Below, piece after piece: positions 29,353 through 38,571 of a stretch of DNA of 64,000 bases (position 1 is the stretch's first letter; every line of letters starts with the position of its first letter). The notes under the pieces were generated by a model, which made no database searches, was not told the origin of the DNA, and saw nothing but the letters and a program-made list of their open reading frames with translations. This stretch comes from an uncultured Acidobacteriota bacterium (GTDB taxonomy: Bacteria; Acidobacteriota; Thermoanaerobaculia; Gp7-AA8). The position numbers and the translations under genes were made by a program. Where the stretch lies: positions 448,001 to 512,000 of the forward strand of contig CAVUKB010000007.1 of NCBI GenBank assembly GCA_963741955.1, given 5' to 3'.

Positions 29353-30725
29353 ACCGCCTCCAGCACCGGCGCTTCGAAGAGCGCCCGGTGGACTTGATGC
29401 ATCGCGCGGTCCGCATCGCTCTCCGGAAGAACGATGCTGAGATTGAGCCCCGAGCTGCCGAGCGAGATCATCTTCAGGTGAGCGCCTGCCAGGGCGCGGA
29501 GAGCGGTCGGAAGCGTGACACCGTCCGTCACAAGATCCCGGCCGACGATCGCGAGGATGGTCTGGTCTTCTTCGATTCGAAGCCGGGCGAATTCCTCCAG
29601 GGCACGAACCAGCTCTTCAATCCGCTCGCCGCGGTCGATCGTCAGAGAGACTGAAACCTCGGAAGTGGTGATCAGGTCGACCGGAACCTGCCACTGCTCG
29701 AAGACCCGAAAGATCCGGGCGAGGAAACCGTGCGCGCCGAGCATCCTGCTCGAGGTCAGCTCGACGACGGTGATCCCCTTCTTCATTGCGATGGCGCGGG
29801 CGCCGCGGTGCTCCTGGTCGCCCTCCCACGTGATCAGCGTTCCGGGGCTGGAAGGGTTGTGGGTATTCAGCACCCGGATCGGAATCTTCCGCTCGACCGC
29901 CGGCGCGATGGTTTTCGGATGGAGAACCTTCGCACCGAAATACGCGAGCTCGGCGGCCTCGACGTAGGAGATCCGGTCGATGATCTTTGCGGCCGGAATC
30001 ACCCGTGGATCCGCAGTCATCATGCCGTCGACGTCGGTCCAGATCTGAATCTCGTCCGCGCCGGTCGCCGCCCCGACGATCGCAGCGCTGTAATCGCTTC
30101 CGCCGCGGCCGAGGGTCGTGGTCGCACCGCGGACGGACCGCCCGATGAAACCTCCCATCACCGGGATGTGCTTCCGCTGCACCTCGGAGAGAAGGCTCTG
30201 CTGCGCCGCGGCGGTGGTTTCGGCCATCAGGGGCTCGGCGTCTCCGAAGCGCTCGTCCGTGACTACGACCTCCTCCGAGTCGACGTGAATGCCGGCCAGG
30301 GTCCTGAGGCGCATGGTGTAGGAAAAGAGAACGGACGAAAGCTTCTCGCCGATGGCGACGATCTTGTCGTTCGCGCGCGGGGTCACTTCTCCGACCAGCG
30401 CGATGCCGCGGAGAATGTCGAGGATCTGGTCGGTGTGACGGCGGATCTGCGCGCGGAACGATTCCAGATAATCCGATTTCTGACCGATGAGCTCGAGTCC
30501 GATGTTCTCGTGCCGGTCGCGGACGGCTTCGACCAGCGCCGGCAGCTCGTCCACCCGTCCCGCTGCGGCAACGCGGGTCGCTTCCACCAGGTGATTGGTG
30601 ATGCCGGCGAGAGCGGAAACGATGACGATCGGGTCGCGATCACGTGCGGCCGCGACGATGTCGATCGCCTGCCGCATGTGGAGCGCATCGCCGACGGACG
30701 TGCCTCCGAATTTGATCACGATCAT
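29349..30725 (-). CDS. lysC: Aspartate kinase (lysine-sensitive type III-like)
   Basis: KFGGTSVG, TTLGRGGSDYSA, WTDVDG, FGAKVLHP, ACT domains. Confidence 0.95.
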   Translation of the reverse strand: MIVIKFGGTSVGDALHMRQAIDIVAAARDRDPIVIVSALAGITNHLVEATRVAAAGRVDELPALVEAVRDRHENIGLELIGQKSDYLESFRAQIRRHTDQILDILRGIALVGEVTPRANDKIVAIGEKLSSVLFSYTMRLRTLAGIHVDSEEVVVTDERFGDAEPLMAETTAAAQQSLLSEVQRKHIPVMGGFIGRSVRGATTTLGRGGSDYSAAIVGAATGADEIQIWTDVDGMMTADPRVIPAAKIIDRISYVEAAELAYFGAKVLHPKTIAPAVERKIPIRVLNTHNPSSPGTLITWEGDQEHRGARAIAMKKGITVVELTSSRMLGAHGFLARIFRVFEQWQVPVDLITTSEVSVSLTIDRGERIEELVRALEEFARLRIEEDQTILAIVGRDLVTDGVTLPTALRALAGAHLKMISLGSSGLNLSIVLPESDADRAMHQVHRALFEAPVLEAV

Positions 30726-30835
30726 GGGGCGGTATCCTCGCACGTGTGGCCGGCGCTGAAAAGCGCGACCGTTCAAGAGCTCGTTTGCAGATTCCGGGCC
30801 GCGGCGAGAGAGCTTCGCGTCCGGAACTGCCGGGC

Positions 30836-30876
30836 GAGCCCGCGTTTCCCACACCATCTCTGCTGCGGAGCCGGAT
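30836..30876 (+). repeat. Dispersed terminal-type repeat (GCCCGCGTTTCCCACACCATCTCTGCTGCGGAGCCGGAT) between asd and lysC
   Basis: Matches 38088-38128 and, in part, the reverse complement of 11973-11997. Confidence 0.7.
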
Positions 30877-30920
30877 CATGGTCGCCCTTGCGCTGCGAGG
30901 GCCGACTTGCGTGCGCGAGC

Positions 30921-32051
30921 TTACGGCAGCATGCCGCGGGCCTGCAGGAGCTCCGCGTTGAGAATCGCCGCGCCGGCGGCGCCACGGATGGTGTTGTGCA
31001 CCAGCGCCACCATTCTCGCGTCGAGGATCGGGCAGGGACGAAGTCTCCCGATCGAGACCGCCATCCCCTTTTCCCGGTCGCGGTCGAGGCGCGGCTGGGG
31101 CCGGTCCTCGTCCGTCAGATAGTGGATCGGATGCTCCGGGGCGGAAGGAAGCCCGAGGCGCTGCGGCTCCCCGGCGAACGACTCGATCGCGAGGCGCACG
31201 TCTTCGAGGAGCTTTTCGAGCCGGAAGGTGCGGAGCAGATCTTCCCGATTGCGGAACGCGAACGAGATGCAGATCAGATGACCGTCGATCACCGGGACGC
31301 GGTTGGTCTGGGCGGAAATGGTCATCTCCGCGTCGAAGAAGCGGCCGGTCGCCCAGCGGCCGAGGATTTTCCGCGGCTCTGTCTCGACCTTGTCCTCCTC
31401 GCCGGAGATGGAGGGGATCACGTTGTCGAGGATCGCATACGACGCGACGCCCGAGTACCCCGCGCCGGAGATCGCCTGCATCGTCGTCGCGTGAAGCAGC
31501 GAGATCCCGTGCTGCCGCTCGATCGGTGCGATGGCGAGAGCCAGGCCGACCGTCGAACAGTTCGGATTGGTCACGATGTAGCCCTGACCCCCGCGGCGCT
31601 TCTTCTGCACCTCGATCGCGTCGAGATGCTCCGGATTGATCTCCGGGATGAGGAGCGGGACGTCCGGATCCATCCGGTGATTCTTCGAATTGGAGACGAC
31701 CGCACATCCGCGGCCGGCGTAGAGATCCTCCGCTTCACCGGCGACCGACGAATCGAGAGCCGAGAAGACGAGTGTCGATTCGAGCTCCGCTCCGAGTGGC
31801 ATGACCCGCAAGGCCGCGGCCGATTCAGGCAACGGCGTGTCGAGACGCCACGACGCGGCGTCGCCGTATTCGCGCTCGGCGCTCCTTTCGGAAGCGACCA
31901 GCTCGTGAATCCGGAACCAGGGGTGCTTCTCCAGCAGCTGGATGAATCGCTGTCCGACCGATCCGGTCGCGCCGAGAACGGCGACCGGGATCCGTCCCGC
32001 CGCTGGCGCCGCGGAGCGGCTCTCTTCAGTCACTGGATCTGCTGTTTCCAT
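30921..32051 (-). CDS. asd: Aspartate-semialdehyde dehydrogenase (archaeal/eukaryal-like type)
   Basis: VLGATGSVGQRF, PLLIPEINPEH, NPNCST, QAISGAG, HNTIRGAAG. Confidence 0.95.
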   Translation of the reverse strand: METADPVTEESRSAAPAAGRIPVAVLGATGSVGQRFIQLLEKHPWFRIHELVASERSAEREYGDAASWRLDTPLPESAAALRVMPLGAELESTLVFSALDSSVAGEAEDLYAGRGCAVVSNSKNHRMDPDVPLLIPEINPEHLDAIEVQKKRRGGQGYIVTNPNCSTVGLALAIAPIERQHGISLLHATTMQAISGAGYSGVASYAILDNVIPSISGEEDKVETEPRKILGRWATGRFFDAEMTISAQTNRVPVIDGHLICISFAFRNREDLLRTFRLEKLLEDVRLAIESFAGEPQRLGLPSAPEHPIHYLTDEDRPQPRLDRDREKGMAVSIGRLRPCPILDARMVALVHNTIRGAAGAAILNAELLQARGMLP

Positions 32052-32093
32052 CACTCCACCCGGTGCAAGATTCGTGTCGTTCGCGGTTGCCAG

Positions 32094-32252
32094 GAGTCTG
32101 CGCGGTAGGAACGTCCGTAGCGAGAAAACGGATCAGCGGTCCAAATCCGTCCGGATTTTCGGCGAGTAGCCACCGCTACGCACCTCAAATCCGAACGAAT
32201 TTGGCCTCGCCGCTCCGCTTTCTCGCTACGGACGTTCCTACCGCGCAGACTC
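32094..32252. mobile_element. 159-bp MITE-like element, copy 1
   Basis: About 40-bp terminal inverted repeats (GAGTCTGCGCGGTAG...); flanked by a CCAG direct repeat; second full copy at 54298-54456. Confidence 0.85.
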
Positions 32253-32263
32253 CCAGGCGCAGG

Positions 32264-33229
32264 TTACTCCACTTCGAGATAGTGCACGCTGAAGAGAGAG
32301 TCGGGATCGGTCCAGACGGAACGGGGAGTGAATCCCGTCTCGGTGGCCAGTTCGCGGAATTCGTCCACCGAGTACTTGTACGAGCTTTCGGTGTGAATCG
32401 TCTCTCCGGCGGTGAATCCGATCCTCTCGCCTCCGACCGAGACGATCTGGTCGGTCGTGCTGACCAGATGCATCTCGATCCTTCCCGCGCGCTCGTCGTA
32501 GAAGGCCCGATGCGTGAAGCGCTCCAGGTCGAAGCTGCCGTGAAGCTTCCGGTTGATGTGACGGAGGACGTTGAGATTGAACGCTGCCGTGACGCCGCGG
32601 GAGTCGTTGTACGCGTCGTGGAGAATGGCGCGGTCCTTCTTCAGGTCGACCCCGATCAGCATGCCGTCCCCAGGCTCGAGCTCGTCGATCAGGGTGGCGA
32701 AGAAGATCTGCACTTCCTTCGGCTCGAGGTTCCCCACCGTCGAGCCGGGGAAGAAGACGATTCTTTTCGCACCGGTCGCCGCGGGGATGTCGAACGGCCG
32801 CGTGTAATCGGCGCAGACCGCAACCACCTCGATCGACGGGTAGGCGGCCTTGATCTCTCCCGCCGATTCCGCGAGCAGATCCTTCGAGATGTCGACCGGG
32901 ACGTACTTCGCGCCTCCGTCGATCCGGTCGAGGAGGATCCGCACTTTGGTGCTGTTCCCGCTTCCGAGCTCGACGATCGTCGGCCGCTCGCCCATCAGCT
33001 CCACCATCTCGCCGGCGTGGCCCTCGAGAATCGCGATCTCGGTGCGGGTCGGGTAGTACTCCGGGAGCCGGGTGATCTCTTCGAACAGACGTGACCCTTC
33101 TTCATCGTAGAAGAACTTCGGCGGAAGACTCTTCTGGGGGCGGCGAAGCCCGGAGAGAACTTCGTGCCGCATACTTTCCACGTGAGGATGGAGATCGATC
33201 AGAGTGACGGTGCGAGTCGCCGTTCGCAT
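32264..33229 (-). CDS. egtD: L-histidine N(alpha)-methyltransferase
   Basis: KSLPPKFFYDEEGSRLFEEITRLPEYYPTRTE, ELGSG, FFPGSTVGN, AYND, IHTESSYKY. Confidence 0.95.
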   Translation of the reverse strand: MRTATRTVTLIDLHPHVESMRHEVLSGLRRPQKSLPPKFFYDEEGSRLFEEITRLPEYYPTRTEIAILEGHAGEMVELMGERPTIVELGSGNSTKVRILLDRIDGGAKYVPVDISKDLLAESAGEIKAAYPSIEVVAVCADYTRPFDIPAATGAKRIVFFPGSTVGNLEPKEVQIFFATLIDELEPGDGMLIGVDLKKDRAILHDAYNDSRGVTAAFNLNVLRHINRKLHGSFDLERFTHRAFYDERAGRIEMHLVSTTDQIVSVGGERIGFTAGETIHTESSYKYSVDEFRELATETGFTPRSVWTDPDSLFSVHYLEVE

Positions 33230-33426
33230 CCGGAGGCCTCCTCAAATCCGAGTTGGTTGCGAATCGTAACATGCACGTTAGCAGCCAGGAGCGTTGTGGC
33301 GTCGGGGCGGCGGAAGCCCATGAGGTGCGGACCCTCAGTTTCGCCGCGTGAATCGTGTCGAAGGGGAGAAAGACGGAACCTGTGGAGACGCGCGGAGCGT
33401 CGGGGGCGGGCGCGGATCATGGTGAC

Positions 33427-34398
33427 GATGCGCTTCGCTTCTGCCGAAGGGCGGGTCTCATTGCGAGCAAACACGATGATCGCGGCAGATCGGAGGATCT
33501 GCGCCCCCCTTCGCAGCGGCCTCGCGGTTCCGCCTCTGGGAGAGTGAGAATGCGCTTCGCTCTTGCCGAAGGCATGGTCTCATTGCGAGCCAACACGATG
33601 ATCGCGGCAGATCGGAGGATCTGAGCGTCCCTTCGCAGCGGCTTCGCGGTTCCGCCTCTGCGAGAGTGAGGATGCGCTTCGCTTCTGCCGAAGGCATCGT
33701 CTCATTGCGAGCCAACACGATGATCGCGGCAGATCGGAGGATCTGCACCCCCCTTCGCAGCGGCTTCGCGGTTCCGCCTCTGCGAGAGTGAGGATGCGCT
33801 TCGCTTCTGCCGAAGGCATGGTCTCATTGCGAGCCAACACGATGATCGCGGCAGATCGGAGGATCTGAGCGTCCCTTCGCAGCGGCTTCGCGGTTCCGCC
33901 TCTGCGAGAGTGAGGATGCGCTTCGCTTCTGCCGAAGGCATGGTCTCATTGCGAGCAAACACGATGATCGCGGCAGATCGGAGGATCTGAGCGTCCCTTC
34001 GCAGCGGCTTCGCGGGTTCCGCCTCTGCGAGAGTGAGGATGCGCTTCGCTTCTGTCGAAGGGCGGGTCTCATTGCGAGCAAACACGATGATCGCGGCAGA
34101 TCGGAGGATCTGCGCCCCCCTTCGCAGCGGCCTCGCGGTTCCGCCTATGCGAGAGTGAGGATGCGCTTCGCTTCTGCCGAAGGCATGGTCTCATTGCGAG
34201 CAAACACGATGATCGCGGCAGATCGGAGGATCTGCACCCCCTCTTCGCAGCGGCTTCGCGGTTCCGCCTCTGCGAGAGTGAGGATGCGCTTCGCTTCTGC
34301 CGAAGGGCGGGTCTCATTGCGAGCAAACACGATGATCGCGGCAGATCGGAGGATCTGCACCCCCCTTCGCAGCGGCTTCGCGGTTCCGCCTTTTGCGA
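33427..34398. repeat. Tandem array of eight 122-123-bp structured units
   Basis: Unit starts at 33427, 33549, 33671, 33793, 33915, 34038, 34160, 34283; internal hairpins such as CAGATC-GGAG-GATCTG. Confidence 0.95.
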
Positions 34399-34429
34399 GC
34401 GTGGCGCAATGGAACGAGAATGGTGGCGC

Positions 34430-35176
34430 ATGAACGCGATCGAGATGAGGCAGGTCTCCGTAGAGAACAGCGCCGGAGCGCCGATACTCGACCGGATCGA
34501 TCTCGTCGTCGGTCGCGGCGAATCGGTCGCTCTCGTCGGCCGGAGCGGCGCGGGGAAGACCACTGCGCTCCGCCTGATCAACGGCCTCGTTCGTCCGGCT
34601 CGAGGTGAAGTCGTGGTCGGGGGATCGAATCTGGAAGAGAGTGATCTGGTCCGGCTCCGTCGTGGAATCGGCTACGTGATCCAGGGCGTCGGGCTCTTCC
34701 CGCATCGCAGCGTCTACGACAACGTCGCCACCGTCCCGCGGCTTCTGCGGTGGGACGAGGAGCGCACCCGCGCGGCGGCAAGACGTCTTCTCGACGAGCT
34801 GGAGCTCCCGTTCGACGCGTACGCAGGGAGGTTCCCGAGGAGTCTCTCCGGGGGGGAGCAGCAGAGGGTGGGGATCGCCCGTGCGCTCGCCGGCGATCCG
34901 CCGATTCTCCTCTGTGACGAGCCGTTCGGCGCCCTCGATCCGATCGTGCGCCGGCAGCTGCAGAAGGCGTTCGTTCATCTCCGCGACGTCTCGCAGCGGA
35001 CCATCGTCTTCGTGACGCATGATCTCGCAGAGGCGTTGTTCGTCGCGAAGAGGGTGGTGCTGTTCGACGGCGGGAGAGTGGTCGCCGATCTCCCGGCGGA
35101 AGAGTTCGTCCGCTCGGAGGAGAGCCGAGTCCGCGAATTCGTCGAAGCATCGCGCTCGCCGGTGGAGATCTCGTGA
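34430..35176 (+). CDS. Osmoprotectant/quaternary amine ABC transporter ATP-binding subunit
   Basis: GRSGAGKTT, IGYVIQGVGLFPH, LSGGEQQRV, DEPFGALDP. Confidence 0.92.
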   Translation: MNAIEMRQVSVENSAGAPILDRIDLVVGRGESVALVGRSGAGKTTALRLINGLVRPARGEVVVGGSNLEESDLVRLRRGIGYVIQGVGLFPHRSVYDNVATVPRLLRWDEERTRAAARRLLDELELPFDAYAGRFPRSLSGGEQQRVGIARALAGDPPILLCDEPFGALDPIVRRQLQKAFVHLRDVSQRTIVFVTHDLAEALFVAKRVVLFDGGRVVADLPAEEFVRSEESRVREFVEASRSPVEIS

Positions 35177-35856
35177 GGGCGTTTCTCTCAACCTACGGTG
35201 CGGAGATGGCGCGACTCACGCTCCAGCACGTCGTGATCGTTCTGGTTGCGGTGCTCGTGGCGACCGTGGCGGGCGTCCCCGCCGGGATCTGGGCGACACG
35301 CAACCGGATTGCGGGGCGGGTGATCCTCCGTTTCGCCGATCTGATGCAGACCATCCCGTCGCTCGCGATGTTCGGTTTCCTGATCCCGCTCCCCCTGATC
35401 GGAGGGATCGGAACCCGGACCGCGATCGTGGCGCTCGTTCTCTATTCTCTTCTGCCGATCGTGCGCAACACGGCGATCGGTATCCAGCAGGTCGATCCGG
35501 TGGTCCGCGAAGCCGGCGTCGCGATGGGGATGACCGACGGACAGATCCTCCGGCAGCTCGAGCTTCCGCTCGCGACGCCGACGCTCGTCGCCGGTCTCCG
35601 GATCGCGACGGTGATCGCGGTCGGTGTCGCGACGATCGCGGCAGCGATCGGCGGAGGAGGGCTCGGCGTACTGATCTTCCGCGGGGTGGCGATGGTCGAC
35701 ACGCCCCTCATCCTCGCCGGAGCGCTTCCCGCCGCGCTCCTCGCGTTCGTCGCGGACCTCGGGTTTTCGGCCCTCGAGCGGATGCTCGCGCGAAGGAGGG
35801 GAGAATCAGGCGATGGGGTTAGACTTGGCAGGTCGGAAAATCTGGTCAAAACGTGA
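35173..35856 (+). CDS. Osmoprotectant ABC transporter permease
   Basis: QTIPSLAMFG, YSLLPIVRNT, EAGVAMGM, IGGGGLG. Confidence 0.92.
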   Translation: MRAFLSTYGAEMARLTLQHVVIVLVAVLVATVAGVPAGIWATRNRIAGRVILRFADLMQTIPSLAMFGFLIPLPLIGGIGTRTAIVALVLYSLLPIVRNTAIGIQQVDPVVREAGVAMGMTDGQILRQLELPLATPTLVAGLRIATVIAVGVATIAAAIGGGGLGVLIFRGVAMVDTPLILAGALPAALLAFVADLGFSALERMLARRRGESGDGVRLGRSENLVKT

Positions 35857-35876
35857 TCTATAAAAGAGTTTGATTA

Positions 35877-36758
35877 ATGAAGCGACTTATCGTAGTTACT
35901 TTAGTGGCTGTTTTTCTCGCTTCTTGCGGTCGACCCGAGCGACCCGCCATCGTAGTCGGCTCGAAGAACTTCACCGAGTCGGTGATCCTGGGGCAACTCG
36001 TCGCGGAGAAGCTCGCTGCCGCCGGATGCCGCGTCGAGCGCCGCTTGAATCTCGGTGGCACGTTCGTCGCCGACACCGCGATCCGCTCCGGAGAGATCGA
36101 CGCGTACGTCGAGTACTCCGGAACTGCGCTGACCGCGATCCTCCATCAGCCGATTCCGGCGGACCGCGACCGGGTCGACGCGATCGTGGGTGAGGCCTAC
36201 CGGACCGCGGGTCTCCACTGGGGACCGGGGCTCGGCTTCAACAACACGTTCGCCATGATCGTGAGGAAAGACGACGCGGATTCGCTCGGGCTGCACACCA
36301 TCGCCGATCTGGCGAAAGTGTCGGATCGGTTCCAGCCGGGATTCGGATACGAGTTCGTGGAGCGGCCCGACGGCTGGCGAGGGTTGCTGAAGGCGTACGA
36401 TCTGCAGTTCACGAAGACGCCGCTGACGATGGATCTCGGACTCACCTACCGCGCGCTCTCGGCGGGGAAGGTGGACCTGATCGCGGGGAACTCGACCGAC
36501 GGGCTGATCGTGCCGATGCACCTGTACGTCCTCGAAGACACGCTCCATTTCTTTCCGCCGTATCACGCTGCGATCGTCAGTCGCGAGGCGATCGAGAAGA
36601 AGTGTCCCGGGGCGCGGGCGGCGCTCGATGCACTCGGCGGGAAGATCGACGACGAGGCGATGCGGACCATGAATTACGAAGTGGACGGCGAGCGGCGGAC
36701 CCCGCGGATCGTGGCGAGGGAGTTTCTCGCAGGGATTCATCAGGGGTCGGATATCTGA
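35877..36758 (+). CDS. Glycine betaine/OsmF-type ABC substrate-binding lipoprotein
   Basis: Lipobox LASC; GSKNFTES, VEYSGT, FNNTFA, STDG, FFPPY. Confidence 0.92.
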   Translation: MKRLIVVTLVAVFLASCGRPERPAIVVGSKNFTESVILGQLVAEKLAAAGCRVERRLNLGGTFVADTAIRSGEIDAYVEYSGTALTAILHQPIPADRDRVDAIVGEAYRTAGLHWGPGLGFNNTFAMIVRKDDADSLGLHTIADLAKVSDRFQPGFGYEFVERPDGWRGLLKAYDLQFTKTPLTMDLGLTYRALSAGKVDLIAGNSTDGLIVPMHLYVLEDTLHFFPPYHAAIVSREAIEKKCPGARAALDALGGKIDDEAMRTMNYEVDGERRTPRIVAREFLAGIHQGSDI

Positions 36759-36848
36759 TTGCGAAGCGTCGCGAGGATCGTTTCTGAGGGGGATCTTTTC
36801 TGAAAGGGAGGGTCCGCGGGGATCGATCCCGTCTTCAGGAGGAGGGTG

Positions 36849-38090
36849 ATGGGATTCCGGGGTCAGGAGGATCGCCTCTGGAGCGTGGAGGAGGCGCAGG
36901 CGCGCGTCCTCCGGGAGTCGCTCCCGTTGGAAGACGAGACCATACCTCTGGGAGAAGCGACGGGTCGCGTGCTCGCGGAAGATGTCGTCGCGCCGCGGGA
37001 CGTTCCGTACGCCGCGAATTCCGGGATGGATGGATATGCGGTCCGCTCCGCGGATACCGCTGCTGCGTCGGACGCCCGCCCCGTCGCTCTCGACGTGATC
37101 GAAGACGTGCCGGCGGGAAAGCTCGCCACCGAGCGCGTGCGGCGGCGCACCGCGATCCGGATCATGACCGGAGCTCTTCTCCCGGAAGGCGCGGACGCGG
37201 TGGTGCAGGTGGAGCGGACCGACGCCGGGCCGGAAACCGTGCGCATCTTCTCTGCCGTGGACGCGGGGGCGAACGTTCGTCCGCGCGGCGAGGACATGCG
37301 CGAAGGGGAGATCGTGGTCGGGCGTGGAACGGTACTGCACGCCGGCGAGATCGCGGTCATCGCCGCGTGCCAGAAGAGCGAGGTCTCCGTCTCGCGCCGT
37401 CCCCGCGTCGCGATTCTCGCCACGGGGGACGAAGTGATCGGTATCGACGACCACTTCGAGCCGGGGAAAGTGATCGACTCGAATGCGTGGGGGCTCGCGG
37501 CCCTGGTGCAGGAGTGCGGCGGCGAGCCGCGGGTGATGCCGGTCGTCCCGGATCGGAAAGACGCGACCGTCGCGGCTTTCGAGAATGCCCGCGAATGTGA
37601 CGTGATCCTCTCGACCGGAGGTGTGTCGGCCGGCGCATACGATCTCGTGGAGGACGCGCTCGAAGAACTGGGGGCGGAGATCGTCTTTCGCGGGGTGGCG
37701 ATGAAGCCGGGGAAGCCGATCGTCTTCGCACGGCTCGGCGGCCACGCTTTCTTCGGCCTTCCGGGAAATCCGGTCTCGTGCATGACCGGATTCGTTCTGT
37801 TCGTTGCTCCGCTTCTGAGAAAAGCTCTCGGAATCGCGGGTGATCCGCGGCCGCCGGCGATGCGCGCACGCCTCGAGGGGGAGCTCCGTTCGAAGGGAGA
37901 TCGAACCACGTTCTTCCGCGTCCGGGTCGAGAGTCGCGACGGAGAGCTCGTCGCGACGCCGATGAAGGCGCAGGGGTCGGGGGTGTCGACGTCCATGGTC
38001 GGCGCGAACGGTTTCGCGGTCCTCGGGATCGGCGAAGAGTCTCGTCGGCGTGGGGATGACGTCTCCGTGCTTCTGCTGCGGGTTCTTTAG
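36849..38090 (+). CDS. moeA: Molybdopterin molybdotransferase
   Basis: GRVLAEDV, SGMDGYAV, IMTGA, TGDE, STGGVSAG, MKPGKP, GLPGNPVS. Confidence 0.95.
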   Translation: MGFRGQEDRLWSVEEAQARVLRESLPLEDETIPLGEATGRVLAEDVVAPRDVPYAANSGMDGYAVRSADTAAASDARPVALDVIEDVPAGKLATERVRRRTAIRIMTGALLPEGADAVVQVERTDAGPETVRIFSAVDAGANVRPRGEDMREGEIVVGRGTVLHAGEIAVIAACQKSEVSVSRRPRVAILATGDEVIGIDDHFEPGKVIDSNAWGLAALVQECGGEPRVMPVVPDRKDATVAAFENARECDVILSTGGVSAGAYDLVEDALEELGAEIVFRGVAMKPGKPIVFARLGGHAFFGLPGNPVSCMTGFVLFVAPLLRKALGIAGDPRPPAMRARLEGELRSKGDRTTFFRVRVESRDGELVATPMKAQGSGVSTSMVGANGFAVLGIGEESRRRGDDVSVLLLRVL

Positions 38091-38128
38091 CGCGCATTTC
38101 TCACACCATCTCTGCTGCGGAGCCGGAT
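38088..38128 (+). repeat. Dispersed terminal-type repeat overlapping the moeA stop codon
   Basis: TAGCGCGCATTTCTCACACCATCTCTGCTGCGGAGCCGGAT. Confidence 0.7.
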
Positions 38129-38215
38129 AGCGGCGAGGGGCCCTTGATCTCCGAATGATCTGCGCGCTCGCCGCGCCGCAGAGACGGGCTTTGTGGTGGG
38201 TTGCCGGAGCACGGG

Positions 38216-38495
38216 CGGTGCGACCGTCTCGGTGGAGTGGTGCGACCGTCTCGGTCGCAGGCGGCGGGATACGGTGAGTTCTGTATCGATGTGAGGGAGA
38301 GGGGAAGGAGCCGCTCGCTGCGCTCGCGGTTGCGACCGAGAAACATTGCGACCGAGACGGTCGCACCACGCAGCGACCGAGACGGTCGCACCACCCGCAG
38401 GAGGGGATGGTTGCACCACGCGGCGACCGAGACGGTCGCACCACCCGCAGGAGGGGATGGTTGCACCACGCGGCGACCGAGACGGTCGCACCACA
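38216..38495. repeat. REP cluster (GCGACCGAGACGGTCGCACCAC), in both orientations
   Basis: Palindromic units with a CCAC/GTGG foot; two inverted copies, then several direct copies; directly upstream of a RAYT remnant. Confidence 0.85.
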
Positions 38496-38571
38496 CGGGG
38501 GGGATGGTCGGGGATTCTACGAGGAGTAGAGACTCTTGTGTGACGCCGGAAGGCCGAGGTAGCCTCGAGTC

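Noticed and set aside
29730-32108. Long ORFs antisense to real genes (e.g. 29730-32108 +, 27145-29049 +, 35901-38444 -, 59705-62110 -, 5482-7452 -, 15-1172 +)
   Set aside because: Shadow ORFs expected at high GC; no recognisable motifs, and they overlap well-supported genes on the other strand
33230-33426. SAM riboswitch upstream of egtD, or lysine riboswitch upstream of asd/lysC
   Set aside because: No consensus elements recognisable by eye; the asd upstream region is occupied by the MITE
33427-34398. CRISPR array
   Set aside because: Units are near-identical over their whole 122 bp with no unique spacers, and there are no cas genes in the window
33458-34581. Repetitive ORFs across the 122-bp array
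   Set aside because: The period is not divisible by 3, frames rotate between units and stops recur; translation artefacts
38330-38495. CRISPR-like repeat-spacer pattern
   Set aside because: The intervening sequences are duplicated rather than unique; the palindromes are REP-like and lie next to a RAYT remnant
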